A DNA stretch of 64,000 nucleotides from an uncultured delta proteobacterium (GCA_963803435.1 CAWDML010000005.1:288001-352000); one strand, 5' to 3'; counted from the stretch's first letter, positions 48,854-58,588 are shown. Made by a program: numbers and translations. Notes: generated from the sequence alone by a model not told the origin.

Positions 48854-51154
48854 TTACCTCGTGCGGCGGCGCAGCAGCAGAAGACCGAACATCAGGACGA
48901 GCGCCAACGAGCCTGTGTTCGCACGGCCGGTGTAGCAGGCGCACCCGCCCTTGTCCTCGGAAAGGCGCTTCGGCGCGAGCACCGCGATGGAGAGCGGCTG
49001 GATGTCGGCGCGGTTGGCGTTGTCGACGACGTGGGCCACGAACGCGAAGACGCCGGGCTCGGTCGGGGTACCGGTGATCTGACCGTCAGAGGCCAGCGTG
49101 AGCCCGGGTGGGAGATCGCCTGCGCCTTCGATCCGGCTGAACGCCACCGGCGGCTCGCCGCCGCCGACGTCGAGCGCGGCCTGGTAGGGCTCGTCCACGT
49201 TGCCGTCGGGGAGCGTGGTCGTCGACAGGACGAAGCCCACCTCGCTGTCGACGACGAGGACGAACAGCGAGCTGTCGGACAGCCCGGTCTGATCGTGCAC
49301 GCGCACTGTGAATGGGAACCTGCCCACGCGGGTGGGTGTGCCGCAGAGATCGCCGGCACCGCTGAGCGTGATCCCTGGAGGAAGGTCGCCGACCGCGCTC
49401 CAGACGTACGGCTCCACGCCGCGGGTCGCCTCGAAGCGGATCGTGCTCTGCTTGCAGTAGTCCTGATTGATGATCGCATTCGGCAGGACGGTCTGTGCGA
49501 TCGCGAGCGTGTCCTCCGGGCTGACGACGCGGACCAAAAAGTCGTGGCCGGCGGTCGCGCCGATCGCGTCCTCGACGCGGACGGCAAACGGTTGAGCGCC
49601 GACGAGGTCGGGGGTGCCGGAGAGGCGACCGTCGGTGTCGAAGTCGAGGCGGAATGGGATCTCGCCGACGGGGCTCCAGCGGTACGGCGGCTGTCCGCCC
49701 ACCGCGACCATCTGGGCCTCGTACGCCCGACCTCGAACGCCGGTCGGCAGCCCGATCTCCACCACCTCCAGCGGAACCGTCGTCTCGATGACGCGGATCG
49801 AGAAGCGCCGGTCGGCGACGGCCGTGCCCGCGTGCCCCCGCAGCGTGAAGTCGAACTGCCCCGTCTTCGTGGGGGTGCCGGAGATCAGGCCGGCCGCGTC
49901 GAGCGTGAGGCCGTCGGGGAGCGCGCCGTCGCTGACGGAGAACGTGACGATCAAGGGCCCGCTCGCGTAGACGCCGACCTGGTAGGAGACGCCGACCGTC
50001 GCGTTCGGCAAGTTGTTGGTCAGGAACTGGATCGCGGACTGGTAGATCTGGATTTGGGGACCGACGACCGTGTTGTCGTCCCGGTCCGGCTCGGAGAAGG
50101 TCTCGTCCGGATCGACGATCAGGCCCACGTAGTAGCTCCCGGGCGCCACCTGGAACGGGACGTTCATCAGGTCGATGGCGTAGTCGTCGTCGTCGGCGGG
50201 GATCATCGCGGAGAAGCGGCCCAGCTCGACGTCCGCGGTGGTGATCGTCTGATCGGTCGAGAGATAGAACGCGTACTCGACCGTCGCGTCGACCACGCCC
50301 GAGTTCGCCAGCGAGCGTGTGATCGCGAGCTGCTCGCCGACCGCGCCCTCGGCGGGGACATCGATGAAGCGACCGCTCAGGTCGGGCGAAGGCGCGACGA
50401 TCGAGATCTCCTGAGGGATCCGTCCGATGTTGTTCCCGAGGCTCGTCTCGGGGACCTCGCCGAGCTGGTCGAGGATGACGCCGATGTAGCCGGTCGCGGT
50501 CGAGGTCGGCAGCATCACCATGTCCGAGACGCGGAGCTGCCCGCCGGGAGGGACGCTCACCGGACCCATCTGCGCGAGGTGCGTGGAGAAGACGCGGATT
50601 TGGGGCGTGTCGGAGTAGTAGTAGTCGTAGTGGAAGTTGGTGGCCGCGACCGGGCCCTCGTTCGTGATGGTGAGATCGATCTGATAGGGGCCGCCGGCGA
50701 AGCCGTAGCCCGGGCCCTGGATGTCGCCGACCCGAAGGTCGGCGCCGCGCATGGTGAGCTGTTGGGCGGCGGCGAGCGCGTTGTTCGTCTCGTCGCTCTC
50801 GGCGACCTGATGGTTGGAGTCGACCTCCACGAACACGTTCCAGGTGGCGGCGGGCACCACGCCCATCGGGAACGAGGCGGTGAACGCCGTCGGGCCGGCG
50901 TCGCCGGTGAAGAGGACCGTGCCGGTGTAGAGCGGCGTGTCGCTGGGATCGAGGACACCGTCGGAGGAGACCACCACGCGATACGCGACGGAGCCCACGA
51001 AGACGCCGCCGAACGTGCCGGTGACCGTCAGCATCGTGCCCAGCTCTACGGTGGTCGGGCTCACATTGGCGGAGGCGGTGACGAGGTCGACCGTCTGGGC
51101 GAAGGCCGTCGCCGGAAGGACGGCCAGCATCGGGGCGATCCAGGGTGCGCGCAT
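48854..51154 (-). CDS. CARDB-like and putative-Ig (He_PIG-like) repeat surface protein with MYXO-CTERM anchor
   Basis: ESDETNN-type motifs; LPDGLTL...GTP repeats; GGCAC, TM, RRRTR at C-terminus. Confidence 0.85.
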   Translation of the reverse strand: MRAPWIAPMLAVLPATAFAQTVDLVTASANVSPTTVELGTMLTVTGTFGGVFVGSVAYRVVVSSDGVLDPSDTPLYTGTVLFTGDAGPTAFTASFPMGVVPAATWNVFVEVDSNHQVAESDETNNALAAAQQLTMRGADLRVGDIQGPGYGFAGGPYQIDLTITNEGPVAATNFHYDYYYSDTPQIRVFSTHLAQMGPVSVPPGGQLRVSDMVMLPTSTATGYIGVILDQLGEVPETSLGNNIGRIPQEISIVAPSPDLSGRFIDVPAEGAVGEQLAITRSLANSGVVDATVEYAFYLSTDQTITTADVELGRFSAMIPADDDDYAIDLMNVPFQVAPGSYYVGLIVDPDETFSEPDRDDNTVVGPQIQIYQSAIQFLTNNLPNATVGVSYQVGVYASGPLIVTFSVSDGALPDGLTLDAAGLISGTPTKTGQFDFTLRGHAGTAVADRRFSIRVIETTVPLEVVEIGLPTGVRGRAYEAQMVAVGGQPPYRWSPVGEIPFRLDFDTDGRLSGTPDLVGAQPFAVRVEDAIGATAGHDFLVRVVSPEDTLAIAQTVLPNAIINQDYCKQSTIRFEATRGVEPYVWSAVGDLPPGITLSGAGDLCGTPTRVGRFPFTVRVHDQTGLSDSSLFVLVVDSEVGFVLSTTTLPDGNVDEPYQAALDVGGGEPPVAFSRIEGAGDLPPGLTLASDGQITGTPTEPGVFAFVAHVVDNANRADIQPLSIAVLAPKRLSEDKGGCACYTGRANTGSLALVLMFGLLLLRRRTR

Positions 51155-51218
51155 GGGCGCCCATAGTAGGGAGCGGGTGCGGGATCGCCAGCGTTTTTTG
51201 TCGGGGCGTGTGCGCCCG

Positions 51219-51419
51219 TTAGGGCGATTCGCGTCGTGACTCGTCGCGTTGGGCGGCGGCTCGGAGGCCACGCGCCAGCCGATCTCCCACCGCCACCGGC
51301 GGACCGGTCGCCTTCTTCTTCCGCGTCGGCCAGCCCGAGATCTTCTGGATCACGAAGAGGAGCGCGAACGACGCGATGACGAGCGATGCGACCTCTTGGC
51401 CCAGATCCGGGCCGAACAT
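51219..51419 (-). CDS. Small single-TM protein downstream of feoB
   Basis: ATG overlaps feoB stop; one TM followed by basic tail. Confidence 0.55.
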   Translation of the reverse strand: MFGPDLGQEVASLVIASFALLFVIQKISGWPTRKKKATGPPVAVGDRLARGLRAAAQRDESRRESP

Positions 51420-53653
51420 CACGTGAACCCCAGCAGGCGCCCGCCCTGATAGACGAGCAGCGAACCGACGTACGCCAAGATCGTCATGTACGTGAACATG
51501 AAGACCGGCCATCGCCAGGAGTTCGTCTCCCGCCGCACCACCGCCAGCGTGCTCATGCACTGGCAGGCGAGCACGAAGAAGATCATCAGCGAGAGCCCGA
51601 CCAGCGGCGTGTAGAGCGCGCGGCCGGTCTTCGGATCCTTCTCGTTTCGGATCGCCTCGCGGAGCGAGACGCTGTTCTCGTTGGCCTCGCCGAGTCCGTA
51701 GACCAGGCCGAGCGTGGAGACCAGCACCTCCCGGGCGGCGAAGCTGGCGAGCAGCCCGACCCCGATCTTCCAGTCGAAGCCGAGCGGCGCAATCGCGGGC
51801 TCGATCGCATGTCCGATCCGTCCCGCGAAGCTGTGCTGCAGGCGGTCGGCCTCGACCCGCTCGTCGATCCGCTTCAGCGCCTCGTTCCGGCGGCGGATCA
51901 TCTCTCGCACGTGGGCCTCGCCCCTGCGATTCTTCACCAGCGACATCTCGAACGCCTTGAGGATCGTACTGGTCTCGCCGACGGCGTCGAAGCTCGGCTT
52001 CACGTCGCGCGGGAAGTAGAGCAGCGCCCAGAGCACGATCGAGCAGGCGAGGATCACCGTGCCGGCGTCGCGAACGAAGACGCGGCAGCGATCGTAGGCC
52101 CGCCGCAGCACGCTCTTCACGTCGGGCATGCGGTACGGCGGCAGCTCCAGCACCAGCGGCGGCGTGGGGCTCTTCAACACGGTTCGTTTGAGGACGTATG
52201 CCGCGAGCACGGTCATCACGATCGACAGCAGGTACATGCTGAGGAGGAGGAGCCCGCCCACGGAGAAGATGCCGAGCACCTTCTGGTTCGAGGCGAACAG
52301 CGCGGCGATCACCAGCGCGTACACGGGCAGCCGCGCCGAGCAGGAGACCAGCGGCGCCACCATGATCGTGACCAGGCGGTCGCGCCGGTTCTCGATCGTG
52401 CGGGTGGCCATGATGGCGGGGACCGCGCAGGCGAAACCGGAGAGGAGCGGGACGAAGGCGCGGCCGTGCAGCCCGATCTTCGCCATCATGCGATCGGAGA
52501 TGAAGGCGGCCCGCGCCAGGTAGCCCGTGTCCTCCAGGATCGCGATGAACAGGAAGAGGATCGCGATCTGGGGGATGAACACCAGCACGTTGCCGACGCC
52601 GCCGATGACGCCGTCCGCGAACAGATCGACCAGCGCACCGGCCGGCGCGATGCTGCGCAGGCCTTCCTGCGTCAGCTTCATACCGCCCTCGATCAGCCGC
52701 ATCAGCGGCTCGGCCCAGGCGAAGATGCTCTGGAACAGGGCAGCCATGATCGCGATGAAGATGACGAAGCCGGCAGCGGGGTGCAGGAGGATCGAGTCGA
52801 GTCGATCGGTCGTGTTCTCCGAGATCCGGCCGCTCTTCTTGGCGGCGCTCTCCGCGATGCGGCGGGCGATCTGATACCGCGCCTCGATCACGTGGGCAGG
52901 AAACTCCGCCGAGGGGAGGACGCGCTCCGCGACCTCGACCGCGCCGCCGAGGTCGAGCGTCTTGAGCGGGTCGTCGGACTGCCCCCGCACTCCGGCCTTC
53001 CGGGTGGCACCGAGCGAGGAGAGGATCCAGATCGCCTCCGCCTCTGCCGAGTGGCCGTTCGCATGCGTCACGCTCTCCGTGACCGTACCGATCGCCGCCT
53101 CCTCCTCGGTGCGCAGCTTCCAGGCGCGCAAGGTGGGTTGCGGTGGTTCGTCGAGCGCGCGCAGGATCTGGTCGCGGAGCACCTCCACGCCGGTGCCCGA
53201 TTTGGCCACCACCGGGATCACCGGAACGCCGAGCGCACGCGAGATCGCCGCCGGATCGATGTCGAGGCCGTTCGCCTGGGCGACGTCCATCATGTTGAGG
53301 GCGATCAGCGCCGGTCGACCGAGCTCGAGGATCGAGAGCGCCAGGTAGAGGTTGCGGTCGAGGTTGGAGGCGTCGACGACGACGATGGTGAGGCTGGGCG
53401 GCGGATCCTCGGTGCGGCCGGTGAGGACCTCGAACGCGATCGCTTCGTCGCGGCTGCGCGAGATGAGCGAGTAGGCGCCGGGGAGGTCGATCAGGACCAG
53501 GGAGCGCTCGCCGATCTTGGCGCGGCCCGACCGGCGCTCGACGGTGATTCCAGGATAGTTGCCGACCTTGTGATTGAGCCCGGTGAGCTTGTTGAACAGC
53601 GTCGTCTTACCGGAGTTGGGATTGCCGGCCAGCGCAACGGTCGTGGTCGTCAT
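51419..53653 (-). CDS. feoB: Ferrous iron transporter B
   Basis: GNPNSGKTT, VGNYPGITVE, DLPG, NMMD, GFACAVP, SCSARLPVY. Confidence 0.97.
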   Translation of the reverse strand: MTTTTVALAGNPNSGKTTLFNKLTGLNHKVGNYPGITVERRSGRAKIGERSLVLIDLPGAYSLISRSRDEAIAFEVLTGRTEDPPPSLTIVVVDASNLDRNLYLALSILELGRPALIALNMMDVAQANGLDIDPAAISRALGVPVIPVVAKSGTGVEVLRDQILRALDEPPQPTLRAWKLRTEEEAAIGTVTESVTHANGHSAEAEAIWILSSLGATRKAGVRGQSDDPLKTLDLGGAVEVAERVLPSAEFPAHVIEARYQIARRIAESAAKKSGRISENTTDRLDSILLHPAAGFVIFIAIMAALFQSIFAWAEPLMRLIEGGMKLTQEGLRSIAPAGALVDLFADGVIGGVGNVLVFIPQIAILFLFIAILEDTGYLARAAFISDRMMAKIGLHGRAFVPLLSGFACAVPAIMATRTIENRRDRLVTIMVAPLVSCSARLPVYALVIAALFASNQKVLGIFSVGGLLLLSMYLLSIVMTVLAAYVLKRTVLKSPTPPLVLELPPYRMPDVKSVLRRAYDRCRVFVRDAGTVILACSIVLWALLYFPRDVKPSFDAVGETSTILKAFEMSLVKNRRGEAHVREMIRRRNEALKRIDERVEADRLQHSFAGRIGHAIEPAIAPLGFDWKIGVGLLASFAAREVLVSTLGLVYGLGEANENSVSLREAIRNEKDPKTGRALYTPLVGLSLMIFFVLACQCMSTLAVVRRETNSWRWPVFMFTYMTILAYVGSLLVYQGGRLLGFT

Positions 53654-53877
53654 GACTCCTGCTCGATCGTGAAGGCGCGTGCTTCCGTCGAGCGAATCGA
53701 GAGCAGATAGCCGCCGACCTGCAGCTGGAGGGGCCCGCCGAACGGCGCCCGTTTTTTCACCGCCACGGATGCGCCCGGCACCAGGCCCATCTCCATCAAC
53801 CGCAGGATGACGCCGTCCCGGGTGTCGACCGCCGCGATCCGCGCGGGATGGTTGTTTCGGAGCTGGTCCAGCGTCAC
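53650..53877 (-). CDS. feoA: Ferrous iron transport protein A
   Basis: RLMEMGLVPG...APFGGP...SIR; overlaps feoB start. Confidence 0.93.
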   Translation of the reverse strand: MTLDQLRNNHPARIAAVDTRDGVILRLMEMGLVPGASVAVKKRAPFGGPLQLQVGGYLLSIRSTEARAFTIEQES

Positions 53878-53897
53878 GGTCCCAAGGTGAGTTTGTT

Positions 53898-53916
53898 GAG
53901 AATGAAAGTCAATATC
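53898..53916 (-). promoter_or_regulatory. Putative Fur box upstream of feoAB
   Basis: GATATTGACTTTCATTCTC matches 14/19 of GATAATGATAATCATTATC; AT-rich island 20 nt upstream of feoA. Confidence 0.7.
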
Positions 53917-53937
53917 AGTGACGAGCGCATAGGGGAT

Positions 53938-55773
53938 CTAGCTCAGATCCCCCGCCGCGGTCAGGTCGGACGCGATGTGGAGCAGCCTGGCGTAGTGCTG
54001 GGCCGCCGCCTCCTGCCGCTCGTCGAGCGTCGCCAGATCCCCGATGAGACGGTGCTTCTCGTCGATCAGCTCGTTCGTCTCGTAGGTGTCGGTGCACGCC
54101 TCGATCTGCTCCTCCAGCGTCTGGACGCGATCGGCGATCGACCCAGGATCGATCGCCTCGATGCTCGCTTCCAGCGCGTCGATCCGCTCCGCCTCCCCCA
54201 TCGCGCGTTCGAGCAGCGCCCGGGCCGGCAGCGCGTCGAGCGCGAAGCCGCGGTTCAACACGCGGCGGAGCAGGTTGCGCAGTCGTGAGGTCCGGATCCG
54301 AGCGAAGAGCGACGAGGCCCGGAGCGCCAGCGGGTCGTCGGTCTTCTCCAGCCCAGCGCGGCCCGAGAACCACACGAGCGGTGCCGCGCGCCCGAGGCTG
54401 ATCAGCGCCTTGATCCCCGCGACGCCGAATAGCCCGAGCACGTAGGCGACGCCCACGAGCTTCTCGAACGCGGGCCCAAGCGTCGCGGCGGCGCCGAGCA
54501 CGAGCGTCGGTCCGAACACGAACAGGTAGAGGAACACCAGCTGGAAGGGCGAGGTCCGGAGCCGCCAGCCGGCCTGGAGCCAGCCCAGCAGGCCGCGCGC
54601 GCCGATGCTCACGTCGAAGCTCTCGCGATCGAGGGCCTCCGCCAGCTTGCTCGCGCCCTCGTCGGAGAGCCGATCGGCCACCACCACCGGGATCTGTTTG
54701 AGCCTCCGGTCGAGCGCCGTCTCGTCGAGGCAGTCCATGCCTCCCATGTCGCGGAGCAGCCTCATCAACCGCGCCTTCTGCTCGAAGGTCAGCGTGTCGC
54801 GGTTCCGCTCCAAGCGACGCCGCGGCTCGATGAACACGCGCCGGCCGGCCCGGGTGGCGCCCGCGATCCGAACCGGGCGGTGCTCGCACTCGATGCAGTG
54901 CGGGAGGCCTTGCACCATCACGGCTCCGCACTTGGCGCAGAGTGCGCTGCGCCGCGGGACCATCCCCACCGATTCACCGGCGAGGGCGCGCTTCATGGCG
55001 TCGGCGGTGGGGAAGCGGTCGTCGGGATCCTTCGCGAGCGCGCGGGTGATCGTCTGGGCGAGCGGCGCGGGCAGCCCGAACGCGGACAGGTCAGGGCGCT
55101 CGCCGGACTCGTGCATCTTCACCAGCATCAGCAGGGAGTCCGCGCGGAACGGGAGCTTGCCGGTGGCCGCCTCGAACAGACTGACGCCGAGGCTGTAGAG
55201 GTCGGCGCGCGGATCGATGACGTCGGATCCGAGCAGCTCGGGCGCGACGTACTCGGGGCTCCCGAACGCGATCGTGTGCGTGGTGACGCGCACCAGGTCG
55301 TCGACGCGCGCCAGGCCGAAGTCGGTGAGCTTGGCGCGTCCCTCGGCGTCGAGCAGGACGTTGTGCGGCTTGACGTCGCGATGGATGACACCGTGCTCGT
55401 GCGCGGCGCCGAGCGCGTCGAGCACCTGGGCACCCAGCTCGATCACCTCGGAGGGCGGCAGCGCACCTCGGCGCCGGATCACGCGCTTGAGATCGAGGCC
55501 GCCGTGGTACTCGAGGACCAGCGCGAGCAGCCCGTCGGTCTCGATCAGGTCGAAGATCTGCACCACGCCGGGGTGGTCGATCCGGCGGACCGCCGCGATT
55601 TCGCGCTTGAAGCGCTCGACCACCATCTCGTTGTCAAGCAGATGAGGCAGCAGCACCTTGATCGCGACGTCGGTCTCGCTCGCGGTGTCACGCGCGTGCC
55701 AGACGGTGGCCATGCCGCCCTGCCCGAGACCGCCGATGACCTGATACCGATCGGGGAGAACGGGCGGCTGCAC
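53938..55773 (-). CDS. Ser/Thr protein kinase with Zn-ribbon, TM pair and C-terminal coiled coil
   Basis: GQGGMATV, HRDVKPHN, DFG, YVAPE; CAKC...CIEC. Confidence 0.9.
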   Translation of the reverse strand: MQPPVLPDRYQVIGGLGQGGMATVWHARDTASETDVAIKVLLPHLLDNEMVVERFKREIAAVRRIDHPGVVQIFDLIETDGLLALVLEYHGGLDLKRVIRRRGALPPSEVIELGAQVLDALGAAHEHGVIHRDVKPHNVLLDAEGRAKLTDFGLARVDDLVRVTTHTIAFGSPEYVAPELLGSDVIDPRADLYSLGVSLFEAATGKLPFRADSLLMLVKMHESGERPDLSAFGLPAPLAQTITRALAKDPDDRFPTADAMKRALAGESVGMVPRRSALCAKCGAVMVQGLPHCIECEHRPVRIAGATRAGRRVFIEPRRRLERNRDTLTFEQKARLMRLLRDMGGMDCLDETALDRRLKQIPVVVADRLSDEGASKLAEALDRESFDVSIGARGLLGWLQAGWRLRTSPFQLVFLYLFVFGPTLVLGAAATLGPAFEKLVGVAYVLGLFGVAGIKALISLGRAAPLVWFSGRAGLEKTDDPLALRASSLFARIRTSRLRNLLRRVLNRGFALDALPARALLERAMGEAERIDALEASIEAIDPGSIADRVQTLEEQIEACTDTYETNELIDEKHRLIGDLATLDERQEAAAQHYARLLHIASDLTAAGDLS

Positions 55774-55870
55774 GGCGCTTGGATTCTACCGTGAGCCGAA
55801 ACGAAAAAACCCTCCTCACCCTCCGGGTACCTCGCATCGCAGGTCCCAGTCGGCGTATCCTCGCAAGCTC

Positions 55871-56611
55871 ATGTTGGAGCGCCGGAAGGTCGTCGATGCC
55901 GTCACCAGCTACTTTCGGGACCATCCGCAAGAGATCGAGCGCATCGTTCGCAGCTCCTTCGGCCTCCGTTTCGGCGTGCCCCTGGCCGCCTTTCGCTGGC
56001 TGGTGCAGGAGACCGCCGAAGACGCCCACGCGCTCGACCTGGTGATCGAGGCGGATGCGCCGGGACTGCGCGTCGCCGCCACCTTCGAGAAGATGGAGAC
56101 GAGGCTGCGCGGCTCGGCGACCGTGCTGGTCAACCGGGTGCTCCTCTCCGGCGACGAGATCCGCTTCGAGGTCCGGCTCGAGGAGGTCGGCCTCCACGTC
56201 CTCAGCACCAAGAAGACGCAGCTGTCGGCGCTCATCAAGTCGGGCGCGCTCGATCTGTCCAAGCCGGGGAACCTGATCGACGAGCTCCCCGGGATGCCGA
56301 GCGTGATCGTCGAGGCCTACGACAACCGGTTGGTCATCGATCTCATGCGGTCGCCGAAGTTCCGCAACAATCGGATGCTCCGCCACACCATAGGACTTCT
56401 CTCCTCCCTGGTGACGGTCTACGGGATCCAGACCGAGTCGGATCACCTCGACGTGGTGTTCCGTGCGTTCCCGCGCGGCGGGTTCGGGGCGGCCGGCGCG
56501 ATCCAGGAGCACGTGGTCGAGCCCGGCCTGCGTCGCGTCTGGGCGCGCTTCTCCCGCTCCGCAGAGAACGGTCGCGTACGCCGCCTGCTCTCCGCCGTCG
56601 CCGCGCGCTGA
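55871..56611 (+). CDS. Hypothetical protein
   Basis: 246-aa ORF with host-like codon usage; TATCCT 9 nt upstream. Confidence 0.65.
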   Translation: MLERRKVVDAVTSYFRDHPQEIERIVRSSFGLRFGVPLAAFRWLVQETAEDAHALDLVIEADAPGLRVAATFEKMETRLRGSATVLVNRVLLSGDEIRFEVRLEEVGLHVLSTKKTQLSALIKSGALDLSKPGNLIDELPGMPSVIVEAYDNRLVIDLMRSPKFRNNRMLRHTIGLLSSLVTVYGIQTESDHLDVVFRAFPRGGFGAAGAIQEHVVEPGLRRVWARFSRSAENGRVRRLLSAVAAR

Positions 56612-56619
56612 ACTTTGCG

Positions 56620-56688
56620 CTAGGAGCGTGTAGCGCGTAAGCGCTCCGCGACCCCGGTCCCGGTCCCGGTCCCGGTCCGGGTCCCGAT
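56620..56688. repeat. Left terminal inverted repeat
   Basis: CTAGGAGCGTGTAGCGCGTAAGCGCTCCGCGACC then (CCGGTC)n...GTCCCGAT. Confidence 0.9.
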
Positions 56689-56708
56689 CTGAAGATGGCT
56701 GCCTTGAG

Positions 56709-58016
56709 TCAGACGCTCGCGACGGTCGCGAGCTTCGATCGGTAGAGCTTGAGCAGGTTGTGGGTGAGGCAGACGAGCGTCCACTCGGTTCGTACCTTGA
56801 AGAAGGAGCGGAGCGAGAACCGGCGGAGTCCTCGTACCCCTTTGATCTGTCCGAGCGCCGGTTCGACGATACTCTTCCTGCGGGCGTAGACCGCCTTGCG
56901 GTCGCGCGTTTGCAACTTGTCTCGCATTCGCTTGCGAGCGAGCGAGGCAGGTGTGGGCTGGAGCATCGGGACGAGGTGTTGCTGATCACTGATCAGGTGC
57001 CTGGTTGCTGACCCCGTCGGCGACAATCACCTGAGCGTGCTCATCTACGACAACTTGGGCATTGTAGGCCTGGAGGTACGCTCCCTCCTTCAACATGATC
57101 CTGCTGTCTGAGTCGATGAAGTTCCTCTGAGCGTTGGGCCTCGGTGTGCCGTCCACATTTGCAGGAACGCGATGATGCGGCCATCCATCATTTCGTTCAG
57201 TTGGGTCTGGGGATGGTTCGAGCTGGTCAGCCTGCGCTCTTGCCTTCTCGGCTCGAGTTCTCGCTCGCTTCTGCTCCACCCGATCCACAAGAGCATCATC
57301 CGCTTTGCTCTGCTGCTCTTCGGCTTGCCTGCGCAATTTCTCCGCGCGAGCCCTGGCGGCATCCTGTTCCAGCGCAGCCTTCGCTTCTCGAATGCGGGCA
57401 AGGCGGGATTCACGGCGAGCGAGCTCCGCTGGGATATCCTCTTCAGTCTCTTCAACGCCCAGCCGCTCGTCTTCCTCTTGGTCGATCGTGCGCGCTCGCT
57501 CCAGCAGTTCTTCGATCTCGAGAGACAGCCGCTTCTCCTCCTCGGCCATCCGCTCGTAGGTCATCGCCTTGTGCTTGCTCGCGTTCGCCTGCACCTTCGA
57601 GCCATCGAGTGCGACGTGTCCGAGCCGCACCAAACCTGCTTTCTGGCAAAGCTTCAGGACTTCGAGGAAGAGCGCTTTCAGTGCCTCCAGGTGGACGAGC
57701 CGGAACTCGTTGATCGTCGTGAAGTGGGGATGACTTTCTCCAGCCAGCACCCGGAATGGAATGTCTTCGTAGGTCGCCCGCGCGATCCTCCGCGACGAAT
57801 AGATGCCGGTGCAGTAGGCGTACAGAAGCAGCGCGATCATCATTCGAGGCGAGTACGGTCCTTGGACTGGATCGAGATCTCGATCGCGCTCAGCTCTACC
57901 TCATCGACGACGTCCAAGACGAAGTACGCGAGATGATTTTCTGGGAGCCACTCGAGAGGGGACGGCGGGAGCAAGAACGATTGTCTCGGAGTCCAAGAAC
58001 GGTATTGCTTCGCCAC
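56709..58016 (-). pseudogene. IS1182 family transposase, decayed
   Basis: FLLPPSPLEWLPENHLAYFV; MMIALLLYAY..SSRRI; ALDGSKVQANAS; DSDSRIM..YNAQ; YARRKSIVEP.LGQIK..LRRF; breaks at ~57858 and ~56990 and a missing internal segment. Confidence 0.9.
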
Positions 58017-58135
58017 GAAACCATGGGATCAAGTCCAGGCGTCGAAGTCGATCCGCCCAACGATCGATTCCAGACGAAACGACCTCCAAGAACTTCTGCT
58101 GGTCAAAGTGGACGAGCTACCGCAAGCTAGCTTGC

Positions 58136-58503
58136 ATGGTCACTTTCGATCACGAGAAGCTCGAGGTCTACCAGCTCGCCGTGAGTATGCCGACATCGCT
58201 GAAGAGATCGCACAAGAACTGCAACCCGGTCACGCTCACGTCCGCGATCAGCTTCGGCGGGCATCCGATTCCATCGTGAACAACACCGCCGAGGGCGCCG
58301 GAGAGTTCAATCCACCTGAGAAGGCTCGCTTCTACCGGATGGCACTTCGCTCTGGCACCGAAAGCGCCGCCTCACTCCACACCTGCTTGAGGCGCCGACT
58401 CGCCAACGAGCAGAAGGTCCAAGCCGCCACAGCCAAGCTCAAGCGCGTTGTCGAGAGGCTCACGCGCCTCATCAAGTCGATGAACGCACGCCGGGCTGCA
58501 TGA
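58136..58503 (+). CDS. Four-helix-bundle protein (23S rRNA intervening-sequence protein / Avd-like); apparent frameshift at ~58183
   Basis: MVTFDHEKLEVYQLAV joined to DQLRRASDSIVNNTAEGAG...EKARFYRMALRSGTE. Confidence 0.88.
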
Positions 58504-58508
58504 TCGCC

Positions 58509-58577
58509 ATCGGGACCGGGACCGGGACCGGGACCCGGACCGGGCTCGCGGTAGCGCTACGCGCTACACGCTCCTAG
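58509..58577. repeat. Right terminal inverted repeat
   Basis: ATC(GGGACC)4...GTAGCGCTACGCGCTACACGCTCCTAG. Confidence 0.9.
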
Positions 58578-58588
58578 CCTCGAGCTCG

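Larger units (their letters stand above)
56620..58577. mobile_element. IS1182-derived cargo-carrying element with ~69-bp terminal inverted repeats, bounded by CTAG
   Basis: 56620-56688 is a near-perfect reverse complement of 58509-58577; encloses transposase remnant and four-helix-bundle gene. Confidence 0.85.

Noticed and set aside
46072-53710. Long antisense or alternate-frame ORFs (e.g. 46072..48837, 48401..51166, 51386..53710, and similar ones elsewhere)
   Set aside because: Shadow ORFs expected in high-GC DNA opposite well-supported genes; no recognisable motifs
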